Source of the DNA: an uncultured bacterium
GTDB lineage: Bacteria > Bacillota_I > Bacilli_A > RF39 > UBA660
NCBI GenBank assembly: GCA_949292245.1
Contig: CASEYV010000002.1
Span: forward strand, 16,150 to 80,149
Length of the DNA stretch: 64,000 nt
Direction of reading: 5' to 3'
Below are positions 48,710-60,268 of this stretch, piece by piece (the first letter of the stretch is position 1; each line of letters starts with the position of its first letter). The position numbers were made by a program, and so were the translations under genes. The notes under the pieces were generated by a model. That model made no database searches and had not been told where the DNA came from. It worked only from the letters and a program-made list of their open reading frames with translations.

Positions 48710-49806
48710 ATATAGAAGATGTACCTATTGATAATGTAAAAAATATTTTATTAATTGAACCAAATTATCCAACTAGTGAAGAGAATAAATATATACCTAT
48801 TGGTTTATTAAAAATCGCTTCATATTTTAGGTCTAAATCAAAAAATGTTTTTTTTACGAAATTTAATAAAAAGATTAATAATAAAGGTTATAATCCCGAT
48901 TTAATATGTTTATCATCTTACTTCACTTATAGAGCAGCATATACAAAAGAAACTGTTGATTATTGTAGAAAATATTTTCCAAATGCAAAAATTGTTGTTG
49001 GTGGAATATATGCTATACTTTTACCAGAACATTGTAAGGAATATACACAATGTGATTATGTAATCACAGAAACATCAAAAGAAGCTGAAGAATTAACTCC
49101 AGCATATGATTTGGTTCATACTAACCATCAAGTTTTATTTACAACAAGAGGATGTGTTAGAAGATGTGATTTTTGTTCAGCATATAAAATAGAACCAAAA
49201 TGGACATGTAAAAAAACAATAAAAAACGAAATATTATTTAAAAATGTTTTATTTTATGATAATAATTTATTAGCAAATCCATATATAGAAGATATATTGA
49301 ATGAATTAATTGAACTTAAAAAACAAAGAAAAATAAAATACGTTAGAGCACAAAGTGGACTTGATGCTAGAATATTAAGTAAAAAACCTCATCTTGGTAA
49401 ATTATTAAAAAAAGCAGGTTTTAAAGGTATTACTTTATCTTGGGATGGTGATTTTGAAGACTTAAAGTACATTAAAAAAGCAGTAAATATATTAACTGAA
49501 AGCAAATATAAATCAAAAAACATAAGTATTTTTATGTTATTTAATTATTATAATATGAACTATGAAGATATTGAGAGAAAAAGACTTGAATGTGCTAAAC
49601 TTGGAGTTAAAGCAATAGCATTAAGATACGTTCCAATGGATTGGACAAGTGAGGATATATATATTTCTCCAAATTGGACTGATAAAGAAATCAGAAAAAC
49701 AATGGCAAATCGTACAATGCATAATAGATGTATTAATTACGATATAACAGAACATGGTATTCCATATATGCATGATACATGGAAATTATATGAATTTCAT
49801 GAATAG
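48706..49806 (+). CDS. Cobalamin-binding radical SAM protein
   Basis: PIGLLKIAS, IVVGGIYA, TRGCVRRCDFC, DNN, GLDAR. Confidence 0.88.
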   Translation: MNIEDVPIDNVKNILLIEPNYPTSEENKYIPIGLLKIASYFRSKSKNVFFTKFNKKINNKGYNPDLICLSSYFTYRAAYTKETVDYCRKYFPNAKIVVGGIYAILLPEHCKEYTQCDYVITETSKEAEELTPAYDLVHTNHQVLFTTRGCVRRCDFCSAYKIEPKWTCKKTIKNEILFKNVLFYDNNLLANPYIEDILNELIELKKQRKIKYVRAQSGLDARILSKKPHLGKLLKKAGFKGITLSWDGDFEDLKYIKKAVNILTESKYKSKNISIFMLFNYYNMNYEDIERKRLECAKLGVKAIALRYVPMDWTSEDIYISPNWTDKEIRKTMANRTMHNRCINYDITEHGIPYMHDTWKLYEFHE

Positions 49807-50457
49807 GTGATGTTAATGTTTAGAGTTGTTAATGGAAAAAATTTAACTGATGAAGAATATCAAATATTTGTTTCAAAATACAATAATAATACAAAAGTTA
49901 AAGATATAATAAAAGAAATGGATTTAACTTATAACCAATATAGAAAATTATTAAAAATGGGTGTTGAAAATAAAGATGTAATAAAAAGAAAACATAGTAA
50001 TAAGAAAAGAAGAGGCGAAAATACTAATGCTAAATATTATTACTATAATAAAGCAAGTAATAGATATGTCGTAAAAAATCCTATAACAAGATGTACTAAA
50101 AGTTTTCTTAACGAAATAGATGCAAAAAATTATGTAGAAAAAATTAGAGAAAATAATTGGAAGGACATCGGACCTATCAGAAGAAATGTTCCATATAATA
50201 GCCCAAATGCTTTCTTAATAGAAGTAGAAATAGAATATAATAAAAATAATACAGGATATTTTAGAGTTAAAGATTCTATATATCCATATAACAAACAAAA
50301 ATGTTATGAATATAGGTATCGTGATAAATCTAAAAAATATCATAAACTATTTGCTATGACTATTGAAGATTTAAAAGAAAAAGTTTTATCAAATAACCTT
50401 CCATGGATGTCTAGAAGTGAAATGAAAGATTATTTAGATAAAGAAAAAAAATTATAA
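49807..50457 (+). CDS. Basic putative DNA-binding protein with AP2-like modules
   Basis: HTH-like N-terminus; NNTGYFRV...IEDLKEKV...LPW shared with the HNH gene. Confidence 0.6.
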   Translation: MMLMFRVVNGKNLTDEEYQIFVSKYNNNTKVKDIIKEMDLTYNQYRKLLKMGVENKDVIKRKHSNKKRRGENTNAKYYYYNKASNRYVVKNPITRCTKSFLNEIDAKNYVEKIRENNWKDIGPIRRNVPYNSPNAFLIEVEIEYNKNNTGYFRVKDSIYPYNKQKCYEYRYRDKSKKYHKLFAMTIEDLKEKVLSNNLPWMSRSEMKDYLDKEKKL

Positions 50458-53400
50458 AATATTTTTTAATTTTTTTATTCTAAGATTTTCTATTTTTCCA
50501 ACTCCTTTATTTAATCTTAACATTAAAAATGGATTTTCAATATTTTCATTTACATAAGGTAAATGTTTAAAGTTATCTTTTAGATTTGTACTATTTATAT
50601 TAAAAGCCAAACACGCTTTTTCATTCATTAAATTATCATGTTCTTCTTTTAATAATTCATAATCCATTAACGGTGTATTATAATGTTTGATTAAATAATA
50701 GTCATTATCTGAAGGAGAACTTAATTTTATTGAGAACCAATATTTTTCACCAGGAGTTAGATTATCTACATATATATCATACTTAACCATATTACTGTTT
50801 TTTGTTAAATTTTTATCTACCCATCCAACTCCATGGATTTCTTTAATGATAGCACCAGGAATTGTTTTATTATTTCTATGGATAGCTATAGTTAAGTTTT
50901 CATCAGGAACACCAACAAAACCATTTGTAAATAATTCAATTGATGTTATATTATCTTTTTCAGCAGTAAATGATTGATATAATGTATCTTTTAATTCAAA
51001 TCCTTTATTATAACTACCATCTAAATTAGTTTGAGAAACTTGTTCTTGAACAACTGTAGGAATTTCGTTAAATATTAAACCTTGAATCAAAGGATTATCA
51101 ATCTCATCTCCTGTAATAGCTAAACCTTTCGTATCTTGATGATAGGATATAACATCTGATTCTGTATTCTTATATGTAATATTTAAATTAATAGCAAATA
51201 TTTTAATATATTCCCCCATTAATAAATCTTCAAATTGCATATTAATTAATAAACCATATTTATAATCAATTGCACGACTTTTATCTTCTAATACAGGAAC
51301 ATTATAAACTTGTTTTTTGTATATATCAAAATTATATGGGTTTAAATATACATTATCTACTTCGTTTTGTTTTTTACTAAAAGTAACTACAATTCTTGTA
51401 TCATATATTTCAATTAAATCATTTAATTGATTAAATCTATAATTAAGACTTAAAGTATCAGTTCTAAATACCGTTTTAAATGGTAATTGTATTTTTTTAT
51501 AGAAGAAACCAGTTTCAATTTCTGTTGTGTTCATATCAGCATAAACTAATTCGCTTGAAAGCTGACTAAACATTTTAACATTACTACCATGATTATATCC
51601 TTTAATTATAAATTCAACATATTCAACTTCAGTAAATGGGTATGCTTGGTAACTAAATTCAGATAATGTAGTCCAATATGGTTTCCTAATTTTATAAACG
51701 GTATTATCATCATAAATATAATCTAAATTAGGATTTATTCTTTCATTGAAATCCATAGTATCTCTAAATTGTTGCATAATTTCTTCTGTCGGACTATTTG
51801 TTGAAGATGCTATACTTAATTTATCAATTAAATCAATACTTGATAATCCATTAATTTTATGATTCTCAATAAATTCTGGGGTATATATAACTTTCCTTTC
51901 AATATCGTTTATGTTTATAGTATTATTTTTGTTCCTTTGATGGCTAACTTTAGCACTTTTTCTGATATTTGTTTCAGCAGATAATTCTATATCAATATTT
52001 TCAATAACGGCATTATCTGGAATATCTAATTCACTTACATAAAGATTTAAATCTGGTACTTCAACTAATTCTTTATCAATATTGGAAATTAAAGTATATG
52101 AAGAATTATTTTCATCAATTCTATGTAAATTAATCCATGAATTATCATTTGTTAAAATTTCATATTTAACATTTTCATTATATTCTTCATGAATTGGTGT
52201 ATTAATTGTAGCTTTTCTATTTGCATTATATGAACATCTTAAAACATTTGAAGCTAATAGGTTTGATTGAATAACAAAATTAACATCGTTTTGATTTTTA
52301 ATGTTTGAATAATAATCAGTAATTCTTTTATTTCTTATAAAGTATTTAATTTGATTATTATTATCAATTATTTCATGATGAATATATTGTAGTTTTCCAT
52401 TATGTTGAATATATACAGTAACAAGGTCTTTACTTTCATTAATTGGTTCAACATCAATAGATAATCCTTCAACGGTTGCATACCCATCTTTACATTCAAC
52501 GATATTGCTTCTTGTATTTTTTGTAACACTTATATAATGTTTTCCATAATAACTGTTATATGTTGCAGAAATAACAAAATCATAATTTTCAGTTTGAAGT
52601 GCTAATCCAGTTTCAATATCATCTTCTTTAAATATTAATGTTGTTCTAACAGCATCAATATTCATACCATCATCTACAATAGTATAATTTGTATCAGAGT
52701 TTTTAACAACATCTTTTTTAATTATCCATGGTACATCTTGAACAATACTTTCCCAATATGTAGAAATTGGTTCAATTTCATATGTAGGTTCACTTGGTTG
52801 TGATAATTCAGGATAAGTAAATTCTTCTGAATCTGGAATATTTTTTTCATATGAAAATGAATTAAAGTTATCAGAATATATAATACTTTTAATAGTTGAG
52901 CTTAATGATAAATCATTAATAACTTCTGTTTCATAAACGGTATGGGATAAAATATTATCTATCATGAAAGCTAAATTATTTCTATGACTATATTCTAATA
53001 ATGGTTTTATATCAATAACATCTAAACTAGGATTATGTATAAAATCTTCTTTATTATTAGTATTATATCCAGAGTTTTCAAATATAAGATTTCCATCATC
53101 ATCAATACCATACTGGTAGGAACGAATATCGTATAATATTTTTAAGATTTCTCCAGCCTTTAATTGGGTATATGGTTTAAATACTTGATTAAATCTAAAT
53201 GTTGGATAATGGGTAAATTCTTCAGAAACGATATATCTAATTAATCCTTTCATACCATATGGCTTTGTTTTATTCATTAAAACTTCTATTTCATCATTAT
53301 CTAATATAAAGAAGTTTGATGGAATATCTTCTAATGGTAAATCCATATAAAAAACACCAGAATCAAGATAAACATCTTTAATTACATATGAATATCCTTC

Positions 53401-54510
53401 CAATCCTTCATTAGAATTATACATTTCGTTTTTTCTAATAAATTCTTCAGCTAATTCCCTTGTTTCAAAATATGCCATTTGATTTTTTGTATGAATTTCT
53501 TCCTCATCATTATCATAATATTCATAAACCCAACATCCATCTCCTGCCCAATATTTTGAAGACCAGTCAAAACTATTGATTTTTGGGAAAAATCTATCAA
53601 TTTGTTCCTGTGTTGGTGCCCATCTAAATAAATATTTTCCCATATTTTCAAATGTAGGAATAACGCCAGTATGATGAAATATTTCTGAACGAAGTAATCC
53701 AAACCTATTAATAAATCCATCTGGATATAATCTAAACAAATCATTATCTAATTCATTAGAACCTACCCTTAATAAATCTATATTAATGTAATCAGATTTT
53801 TCATTAATTTCGTTTATTAATTCTCTTAAATTTTTACCAGTAAAGGATTCAACTTTATCAACAATACCTAATTCTCTTCCTAAATATCTTGTTGGTAACT
53901 CATCAACATTTTTTTGTCTATCAATTTGTCTAATGATTTCTTCTGTTTCATTACCATCTATTATCATAGGAAATGGTTGCAATCCTTTATCAAATGGTTT
54001 TTTCTGATATTTCGTTAATTGTGTTACATTTTTATTATAATAGTGTGTTTTTTGTGTGTAATGTTGTTCATATTCATCAAATTTATAAAGTCCAATTCTA
54101 TGAATAGTCTCCTTTTGGGTTTTATCAAATCCAGATTCAATAGTTTTAGAAACATTAAACATACCAGTATTTTTCCCATAACAGCAGAAATGAACAGTAA
54201 AGCTACCAATAGTGGTAACTCTTGCTGCTATTTGAAGATATTTAACATCTCCATTTTTCATATCACCTATTCTCTGAATTCTTTCAAAAACTTCACTACT
54301 ATTAACTTCTTCAAAAATAATATCTGAAGGAGCTATAATATCAATATGGACATTCTCCACATCTACACCTGATACATTCTTAACATAAACATCATATATA
54401 TATTCATTATTTGGTAATGTAGCATCTGTAGACTGAGAAACTTCAAATATTAATTGTTTCTTTTGATTAATAATTTCGGATTTTAAATCAATTTTTTTAA
54501 ATGATGCCAT
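50452..54510 (-). CDS. Large virion/baseplate protein with DUF11/CARDB-like N-terminus
   Basis: YVKNVSGVDVENV...IGDMKNGD; MNKTKPYG baseplate-like motif. Confidence 0.6.
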   Translation of the reverse strand: MASFKKIDLKSEIINQKKQLIFEVSQSTDATLPNNEYIYDVYVKNVSGVDVENVHIDIIAPSDIIFEEVNSSEVFERIQRIGDMKNGDVKYLQIAARVTTIGSFTVHFCCYGKNTGMFNVSKTIESGFDKTQKETIHRIGLYKFDEYEQHYTQKTHYYNKNVTQLTKYQKKPFDKGLQPFPMIIDGNETEEIIRQIDRQKNVDELPTRYLGRELGIVDKVESFTGKNLRELINEINEKSDYINIDLLRVGSNELDNDLFRLYPDGFINRFGLLRSEIFHHTGVIPTFENMGKYLFRWAPTQEQIDRFFPKINSFDWSSKYWAGDGCWVYEYYDNDEEEIHTKNQMAYFETRELAEEFIRKNEMYNSNEGLEGYSYVIKDVYLDSGVFYMDLPLEDIPSNFFILDNDEIEVLMNKTKPYGMKGLIRYIVSEEFTHYPTFRFNQVFKPYTQLKAGEILKILYDIRSYQYGIDDDGNLIFENSGYNTNNKEDFIHNPSLDVIDIKPLLEYSHRNNLAFMIDNILSHTVYETEVINDLSLSSTIKSIIYSDNFNSFSYEKNIPDSEEFTYPELSQPSEPTYEIEPISTYWESIVQDVPWIIKKDVVKNSDTNYTIVDDGMNIDAVRTTLIFKEDDIETGLALQTENYDFVISATYNSYYGKHYISVTKNTRSNIVECKDGYATVEGLSIDVEPINESKDLVTVYIQHNGKLQYIHHEIIDNNNQIKYFIRNKRITDYYSNIKNQNDVNFVIQSNLLASNVLRCSYNANRKATINTPIHEEYNENVKYEILTNDNSWINLHRIDENNSSYTLISNIDKELVEVPDLNLYVSELDIPDNAVIENIDIELSAETNIRKSAKVSHQRNKNNTININDIERKVIYTPEFIENHKINGLSSIDLIDKLSIASSTNSPTEEIMQQFRDTMDFNERINPNLDYIYDDNTVYKIRKPYWTTLSEFSYQAYPFTEVEYVEFIIKGYNHGSNVKMFSQLSSELVYADMNTTEIETGFFYKKIQLPFKTVFRTDTLSLNYRFNQLNDLIEIYDTRIVVTFSKKQNEVDNVYLNPYNFDIYKKQVYNVPVLEDKSRAIDYKYGLLINMQFEDLLMGEYIKIFAINLNITYKNTESDVISYHQDTKGLAITGDEIDNPLIQGLIFNEIPTVVQEQVSQTNLDGSYNKGFELKDTLYQSFTAEKDNITSIELFTNGFVGVPDENLTIAIHRNNKTIPGAIIKEIHGVGWVDKNLTKNSNMVKYDIYVDNLTPGEKYWFSIKLSSPSDNDYYLIKHYNTPLMDYELLKEEHDNLMNEKACLAFNINSTNLKDNFKHLPYVNENIENPFLMLRLNKGVGKIENLRIKKLKNIL

Positions 54511-57500
54511 TATGGCTCCTCCTTGTGCATATAATCATATCCTTCAACAGTTACTATAGATTCTCCTAATTCTCTTGATTTCACTTTGATAATTATCCTA
54601 TCTTCAGTATAAGAATCCATTTCATCAATTATATAATATAAAACATTATTATTGACGTCAATACCATAATCTCCACTTTGGGTGGTAATATCAATAAACT
54701 CATATGCTCCAGTACATTTCTCATCTCCATCATACTCACCTAACGATATTACAATTTTAACATCTTTATTTGGTTTTAAACCATTTTTAACAGTAACATA
54801 TATGAAATTAAAGTTATTTTGTTCAATAATTTTATCAACAATAACGGCATATAATTCCATTTCGGTATCTATACCACAGTAAATATTTTTAGATATTTCA
54901 TTTTTAACGAGATTTATATCATCAGTTTTAAATGTAGTTTTGTATATATCGTTTAAACATTTATTAGCAGAGTCTTTTTTGCATATTCTATAAGAGATTG
55001 TTACTTCATCTTTTCTATCACTTAAATCAGATATAAATTGTATTTTTGATTTAGCAACAGATAATTTTGATTCTATATCTAAATAAAATGTTACAACATC
55101 ACCAGGTCCATATCTTCTATATGTATTTTGATATTTTAATTCAACTTTATCTTTTGTTGCGGGTTGAGATGAAATAAAGTATCCAATTTGAGCACTATTA
55201 TAAAATGCTGAACCATTGTATGTAATATTTAAATAATTATTAACAAACATTGTTTTATCAATATCAACATCAGGTATAATTGTAAACATAAAGTTAGAAT
55301 CATTGTTTATTGTTGTTGTTATCCTATCTCCTAATCTAATTGATTGATTATCCTCATTAAGATAATAGATTTTTAAATATTCATCATTAATAAAATCATC
55401 TATATCATTCTTTAGACTACCATATATCTTATATTTTTTACCCTTAGTTAATTCTGAAACAGAAGAGTTAGTTTCTATATCTACAATATCGTTTATTTTT
55501 ATTTGAACATCTTTTTTAACGATATTAGCACCAACACTTGCATATCCAAAATCAATGGTTTCTTCTGACTCAAATATAAAGAATTTATTCATTAATTGTT
55601 CCATTGTGTATTCAGAACCTAAATCAGCTGGAAGTGTAAAGTTATAGACAATTCTACCATCATTTTGACTTCTAACAGTATCTTTAACTATTTCGTTATT
55701 ATTTATATAATAGACATTAATGAGTTTTTTTGAAACAGGAAGTGTTTTGGTTTCTATATTTTTTATAAACAATAATGGACCAGTTTCTCCAGTATCTTGG
55801 TTAATAGAGTTACCATCAGCAGTAAATTCATAATTTTCATTATGATAAGTATATTTATAAGGATTCATTTCTATTGAATTTTCAATAGCTAATTGGACTG
55901 ATGATAATAAATCGATAGTGTCTATATTTTCTATTTTATATGTTAAATCCGTAAAGTAACAGCAATTAACCGCTTCATTTAAATCAGTTTCTCCTGTAAT
56001 ATCTAATTTAACTAAACAACTATCAACAGTTCGGAGTGTAATGTGGTCTTTTAATTCAACTTCATCTATATCACAAGAATCTAAAGTTCTAAACTTAATA
56101 GGATTTTCAAATGTTAAAAACTCTAAATCAACAGTCTTTTCAAACCTACATTCAAACGGTATTAATATATCCATTTGTTCATTAGCGAACAAAGTATTAA
56201 TATATAAATATACATTTTCTTCATCAATAATATCATCATCTTCAGTTAAATTCCTTACTTCAACGGAGTTTTCTAAATAAGGATTTAAAATGTAAAACTT
56301 ATCATAAAAACCATAGAACATACCATCTTTATCTATAAATTCTGAAGCAGCATTTTTTCTTTCACCATCTTCTTCTATGATAGGATTTAATTCAATTTTA
56401 ATTCCTTTCATATCATAATCTTTTGTGTTTTTTAGTCTTAATGTTGCATATCCTAATGTAGACAAAGATGTATAAGCATCATCAGAACAAACTCTTAAGT
56501 CATCTAATGAACTTATTAATTCAATATTATCAGCTTTGATTGGATATGGGATATTATCTCCTTCCCAAACAGCTAAATAATCATTTTTAACAGAGGTACC
56601 ATCTTCTACTCTAACAAACAACTCATCATAATATTGTCTGTGTTGTGGGGTAATGTTTAATGTATAAGTTATTTTATTTTGTCTACATTGTGTAGGAACA
56701 GACACCTGTAACTGAAAAGTCCCACCATAATATAAATCTATTTCGTGTTCAATATATCCTTTTTTAGCAATATCGTTGTAAGTTGTTTCAACTGGATGAT
56801 TTTCTTCTGGTTTCAAACTTCTACTTTCATCTTTAACAACAACGGTATAATCATCACCTTTATATGTTGTATAAACGGGAAGTATTTTGATTTTTTGGTA
56901 TCTATCTTGTTTATTTTGTTTTAAACCAGAAGGTACAATTAATGATAATGTGAAACTATGAGAATCAATAGTAACTCTTTTCTCTTGTGTTTTAACCCCA
57001 TCTACAACGAAATATAATGTATGATTTCCACAAGTAAGAGATACCATTTTTTCATAAAATGCTTTATTAAAATTATCTGAACTTGTTTCCGTACTCTTTC
57101 TCGTATAGGTAAATTTATCATTATCTTGTGTTATTCCATCTATATAAATTTCAACTGTTCTATAACAGCCAGATAAAAGAGTAATATATGCTTTATCTGG
57201 ATTAAATTCTTTAACACTTCCGTTTGGATAATCCTTCACATATCGTTGAACTATATCAAACATAGCAGGGTCTGGAAGTTTAGATTTAAAATTGGCACGA
57301 CAAGAAGTTTTGTTTTTAATTTCATAAGTAATAGATTTATCTCCAACAATACCACTTTTATCAGTAATCTCAAATATAACTTGCCTGTTTGTATAATCAA
57401 TTTTTTTCTTCTTTACAACGATATTATCTGGAATAACACTTGCTTCTATTTGTTCTAAGTATTCATTGACCAATCCAATATCAATTTGTTCATCAGATGG

Positions 57501-58328
57501 TTTTGTATTCAATATAGGACCTTCTATAGCATTATCTGGATTAATCATTTCCAGCTTTATTATTTGCTCTAATGTTGTTCTACATGGAGAGTCTTCTCCA
57601 TCTTGAGTTATAATTTCGTTGTTTTTTGAAACATCAAAAATAACTGGTTCTAATGCTGGTTCATATTCAATTTCAATAAATATGTTCCTTAATCTGATAA
57701 AACCAGGGTTAGTATTTTCATTTGGCCCGTATCTAACCCTAAGACTAAAATCTGATTTTCTAACATTTTCTTCAGTTAAATCTGGGTCTACAAACATTGT
57801 GTTTCTTGTAATCCAACCAGCTGCGGCTTTAGGTCCATCAAGATGATTGTCTTGTGTTAATCTATTATTTTTAGTTGAAAAATATAATTCTACAAGTCTA
57901 AACTTAGGCCCCCAATTATTATAGATTTTTCCATTTGAAACATCAACACCACGTTGGTCTTGTTCAATATTAGCTCTAATATTTTGAATTTTGATACCCT
58001 TTTCAAGTTTAGAAAAATCAAAATAAAATTCTAATTCAGCTGGTTTATTGTAAGTACCACAAACACCAGCTATAGGACATGTATTACGGAATCCCTTAAT
58101 GTCATAAAAGGTTTTATAGTTACATTGTTTTGTTGCTGGATACCCACATTGTGCATACTCTCCATTCTTATTTTCGCCTATAAGATTTTCTAAATTAAAA
58201 TACCCATGATGACGCGGATTTGCACTACCAAATCTACACCAGCTTTGGTCTACTTCGCCAGGAGCTAATCTTGTACCAACTTGTGGTTCTTCAACCCTAA
58301 CTGGATAGAATCTCATCGTTTTAGTCAT
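54510..58328 (-). CDS. Large virion protein with Ig/DUF11-like domains
   Basis: Beta-rich; in structural operon. Confidence 0.6.
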   Translation of the reverse strand: MTKTMRFYPVRVEEPQVGTRLAPGEVDQSWCRFGSANPRHHGYFNLENLIGENKNGEYAQCGYPATKQCNYKTFYDIKGFRNTCPIAGVCGTYNKPAELEFYFDFSKLEKGIKIQNIRANIEQDQRGVDVSNGKIYNNWGPKFRLVELYFSTKNNRLTQDNHLDGPKAAAGWITRNTMFVDPDLTEENVRKSDFSLRVRYGPNENTNPGFIRLRNIFIEIEYEPALEPVIFDVSKNNEIITQDGEDSPCRTTLEQIIKLEMINPDNAIEGPILNTKPSDEQIDIGLVNEYLEQIEASVIPDNIVVKKKKIDYTNRQVIFEITDKSGIVGDKSITYEIKNKTSCRANFKSKLPDPAMFDIVQRYVKDYPNGSVKEFNPDKAYITLLSGCYRTVEIYIDGITQDNDKFTYTRKSTETSSDNFNKAFYEKMVSLTCGNHTLYFVVDGVKTQEKRVTIDSHSFTLSLIVPSGLKQNKQDRYQKIKILPVYTTYKGDDYTVVVKDESRSLKPEENHPVETTYNDIAKKGYIEHEIDLYYGGTFQLQVSVPTQCRQNKITYTLNITPQHRQYYDELFVRVEDGTSVKNDYLAVWEGDNIPYPIKADNIELISSLDDLRVCSDDAYTSLSTLGYATLRLKNTKDYDMKGIKIELNPIIEEDGERKNAASEFIDKDGMFYGFYDKFYILNPYLENSVEVRNLTEDDDIIDEENVYLYINTLFANEQMDILIPFECRFEKTVDLEFLTFENPIKFRTLDSCDIDEVELKDHITLRTVDSCLVKLDITGETDLNEAVNCCYFTDLTYKIENIDTIDLLSSVQLAIENSIEMNPYKYTYHNENYEFTADGNSINQDTGETGPLLFIKNIETKTLPVSKKLINVYYINNNEIVKDTVRSQNDGRIVYNFTLPADLGSEYTMEQLMNKFFIFESEETIDFGYASVGANIVKKDVQIKINDIVDIETNSSVSELTKGKKYKIYGSLKNDIDDFINDEYLKIYYLNEDNQSIRLGDRITTTINNDSNFMFTIIPDVDIDKTMFVNNYLNITYNGSAFYNSAQIGYFISSQPATKDKVELKYQNTYRRYGPGDVVTFYLDIESKLSVAKSKIQFISDLSDRKDEVTISYRICKKDSANKCLNDIYKTTFKTDDINLVKNEISKNIYCGIDTEMELYAVIVDKIIEQNNFNFIYVTVKNGLKPNKDVKIVISLGEYDGDEKCTGAYEFIDITTQSGDYGIDVNNNVLYYIIDEMDSYTEDRIIIKVKSRELGESIVTVEGYDYMHKEEP

Positions 58329-59137
58329 ACTGATACCTCTACTAATTGCTTCATAATATTATCAATCCTAAATAAATCATTAATTTCGTTTTTAAGAATT
58401 TCATATACTTTATTAATATTAATAATCTTTATTTTAATATTTTTATTAATTAATTCTTTTAATAAATCATAAAAATTAGATTTGTATATCTTTGTTTTGT
58501 TATAATTTTCTTGTTTTTCGTATTGAAAACCATTATTTACTTTGGCAATGTTCTTTACACCACATTCATTACAATTAGTTTTCAATAACATAGCTATTCT
58601 ATCAGAAAAAAGTAAGGTTTTTTTATATTTATCCATATCCCATATATTAAATTTATACCCATCTTTATTAATTTTTCTCTCTAGCTCATCAATAGTTGTT
58701 GCATTTTTGGTATAATTTTTAACTACAAAACGGAATCTATATCCACTTTTATATGTATTTGACTTAATCACACTTACATGTTCAATTCCAGTTTTATTTT
58801 TCCCCTCAATACATGATATAGATAATTTATCAAAATTTATATTTTGTCCACCAGATGTCAAATTATACCCGTATTGATTATTATTTGATTGAAAAATATC
58901 AATATACCGTTTTTCTAATGAATCTAACAAATAATAAGGAATATTTTTTTTAATAATTTTAAAAACGAAATTATCTTCACCATATTTATTAAAACTATTT
59001 TGTAAATGTAAATTATGATGTGTTTTATTTTTTAGCTTATTTAGATGTTCTTTCTTTCTTCTCTCTAAATCAGATGTTTGCCCTATATAAATCTTTCCAT
59101 TAACTTGGTTTTCTATCATGTATATTCCAGACGTCAT
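58325..59137 (-). mobile_element. GIY-YIG homing endonuclease
   Basis: SGIYMI...KIYIGQ...R...H, LQNSFNKYG, E, GYN. Confidence 0.9.
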
Positions 59138-59233
59138 ATAATACCTCTTTGTTCAGAAAAAAATTAAAATATTATAACTATTTTTAATTTTAATAAGATA
59201 TTATATAAAAAGTTATGCAAAAAATAAAAAAAA

Positions 59234-60259
59234 TTATATGGTTGGGTCTTCCCATTCACTTAATAAATATTGGTCATTTTCTTCAATATACAAATCATCA
59301 TTAAAATATTTAAGAGTCATATCATATCGTTTATTAATAGTATGTGGATTTGTTAATCCTTTATCATTATAAACAGTATATGTTTCGGATAATTGAGTTT
59401 TATTTTTATTTTCATCCCAATATTGCTGTGGAATAGTTGAATAATTTGTTTCATCTGGAAGAACATCGTTTATTTTGTCTGGATTCATTGCTATTAATGC
59501 TGCTCTATCTTCATCAGCTATATTTGTTTTATCTTTAATTCCGATATAATGTTCTATGTTATTAGAACAAGATTCATTATATGTATATCCAGAGGCAATT
59601 TCAATAGATGGAAGAGTCTTAATCGCTCCTAATGGATAATCATATTCAACGAAGTTATCTTTATAATCTTCCATTACCCATCCATTTTCATCTTTTTTAT
59701 GATACATACCGTTTTGTTTTTTAAATTTAGAGAAATTTTTATAAGTATCTCTACCTCTCCTTATGACATAAGATTCATCTTCTTCCATCATATATGTTGC
59801 ATTCACTCTATCATATGGTTCTTCGGTATAATTATCTCTTGTATAATATGTTGTATTTGGTTTTAATTCATATGTAAAATCATTATAATCTTCTTTTAAC
59901 AATAATAATTGATTCATTGTGTAATAGTTTTTAGGAAAAACATGAATTGCTATTTTGCTTACATATTCATCAAGTCTAATAAAAAACATTCCCTTGTAAT
60001 ACTCATATTTAAAAACGGTATTAAAATCATCTGCTTTTGTAAATACTAAATTAGAGAATTCATCTGTGAAATAATTATCGCTCCATTGTTCAGATATAGC
60101 ATCAAAACCTAATCCATCACCATATAAATTATCTAAATGAATTTTTAAATTAATAAATCCAACTGGTTCTTTATCTTCTGGCTTTAAAACGTCCATATAA
60201 AAATATGGATGAAAATATTCCAATTCTTCTTTAATATCTGATTCGTTTAAATATTTCAT
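59234..60259 (-). CDS. Hypothetical structural-operon protein
   Basis: GAGGT RBS; operon context. Confidence 0.7.
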   Translation of the reverse strand: MKYLNESDIKEELEYFHPYFYMDVLKPEDKEPVGFINLKIHLDNLYGDGLGFDAISEQWSDNYFTDEFSNLVFTKADDFNTVFKYEYYKGMFFIRLDEYVSKIAIHVFPKNYYTMNQLLLLKEDYNDFTYELKPNTTYYTRDNYTEEPYDRVNATYMMEEDESYVIRRGRDTYKNFSKFKKQNGMYHKKDENGWVMEDYKDNFVEYDYPLGAIKTLPSIEIASGYTYNESCSNNIEHYIGIKDKTNIADEDRAALIAMNPDKINDVLPDETNYSTIPQQYWDENKNKTQLSETYTVYNDKGLTNPHTINKRYDMTLKYFNDDLYIEENDQYLLSEWEDPTI

Positions 60260-60268
60260 TTTGATACC

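Noticed and set aside
37479-57846. Short antisense or alternate-frame ORFs inside long genes (e.g. 37479, 40926, 45165, 54019, 56041, 57619)
   Set aside because: Nested in well-supported CDSs, with no RBS or motifs
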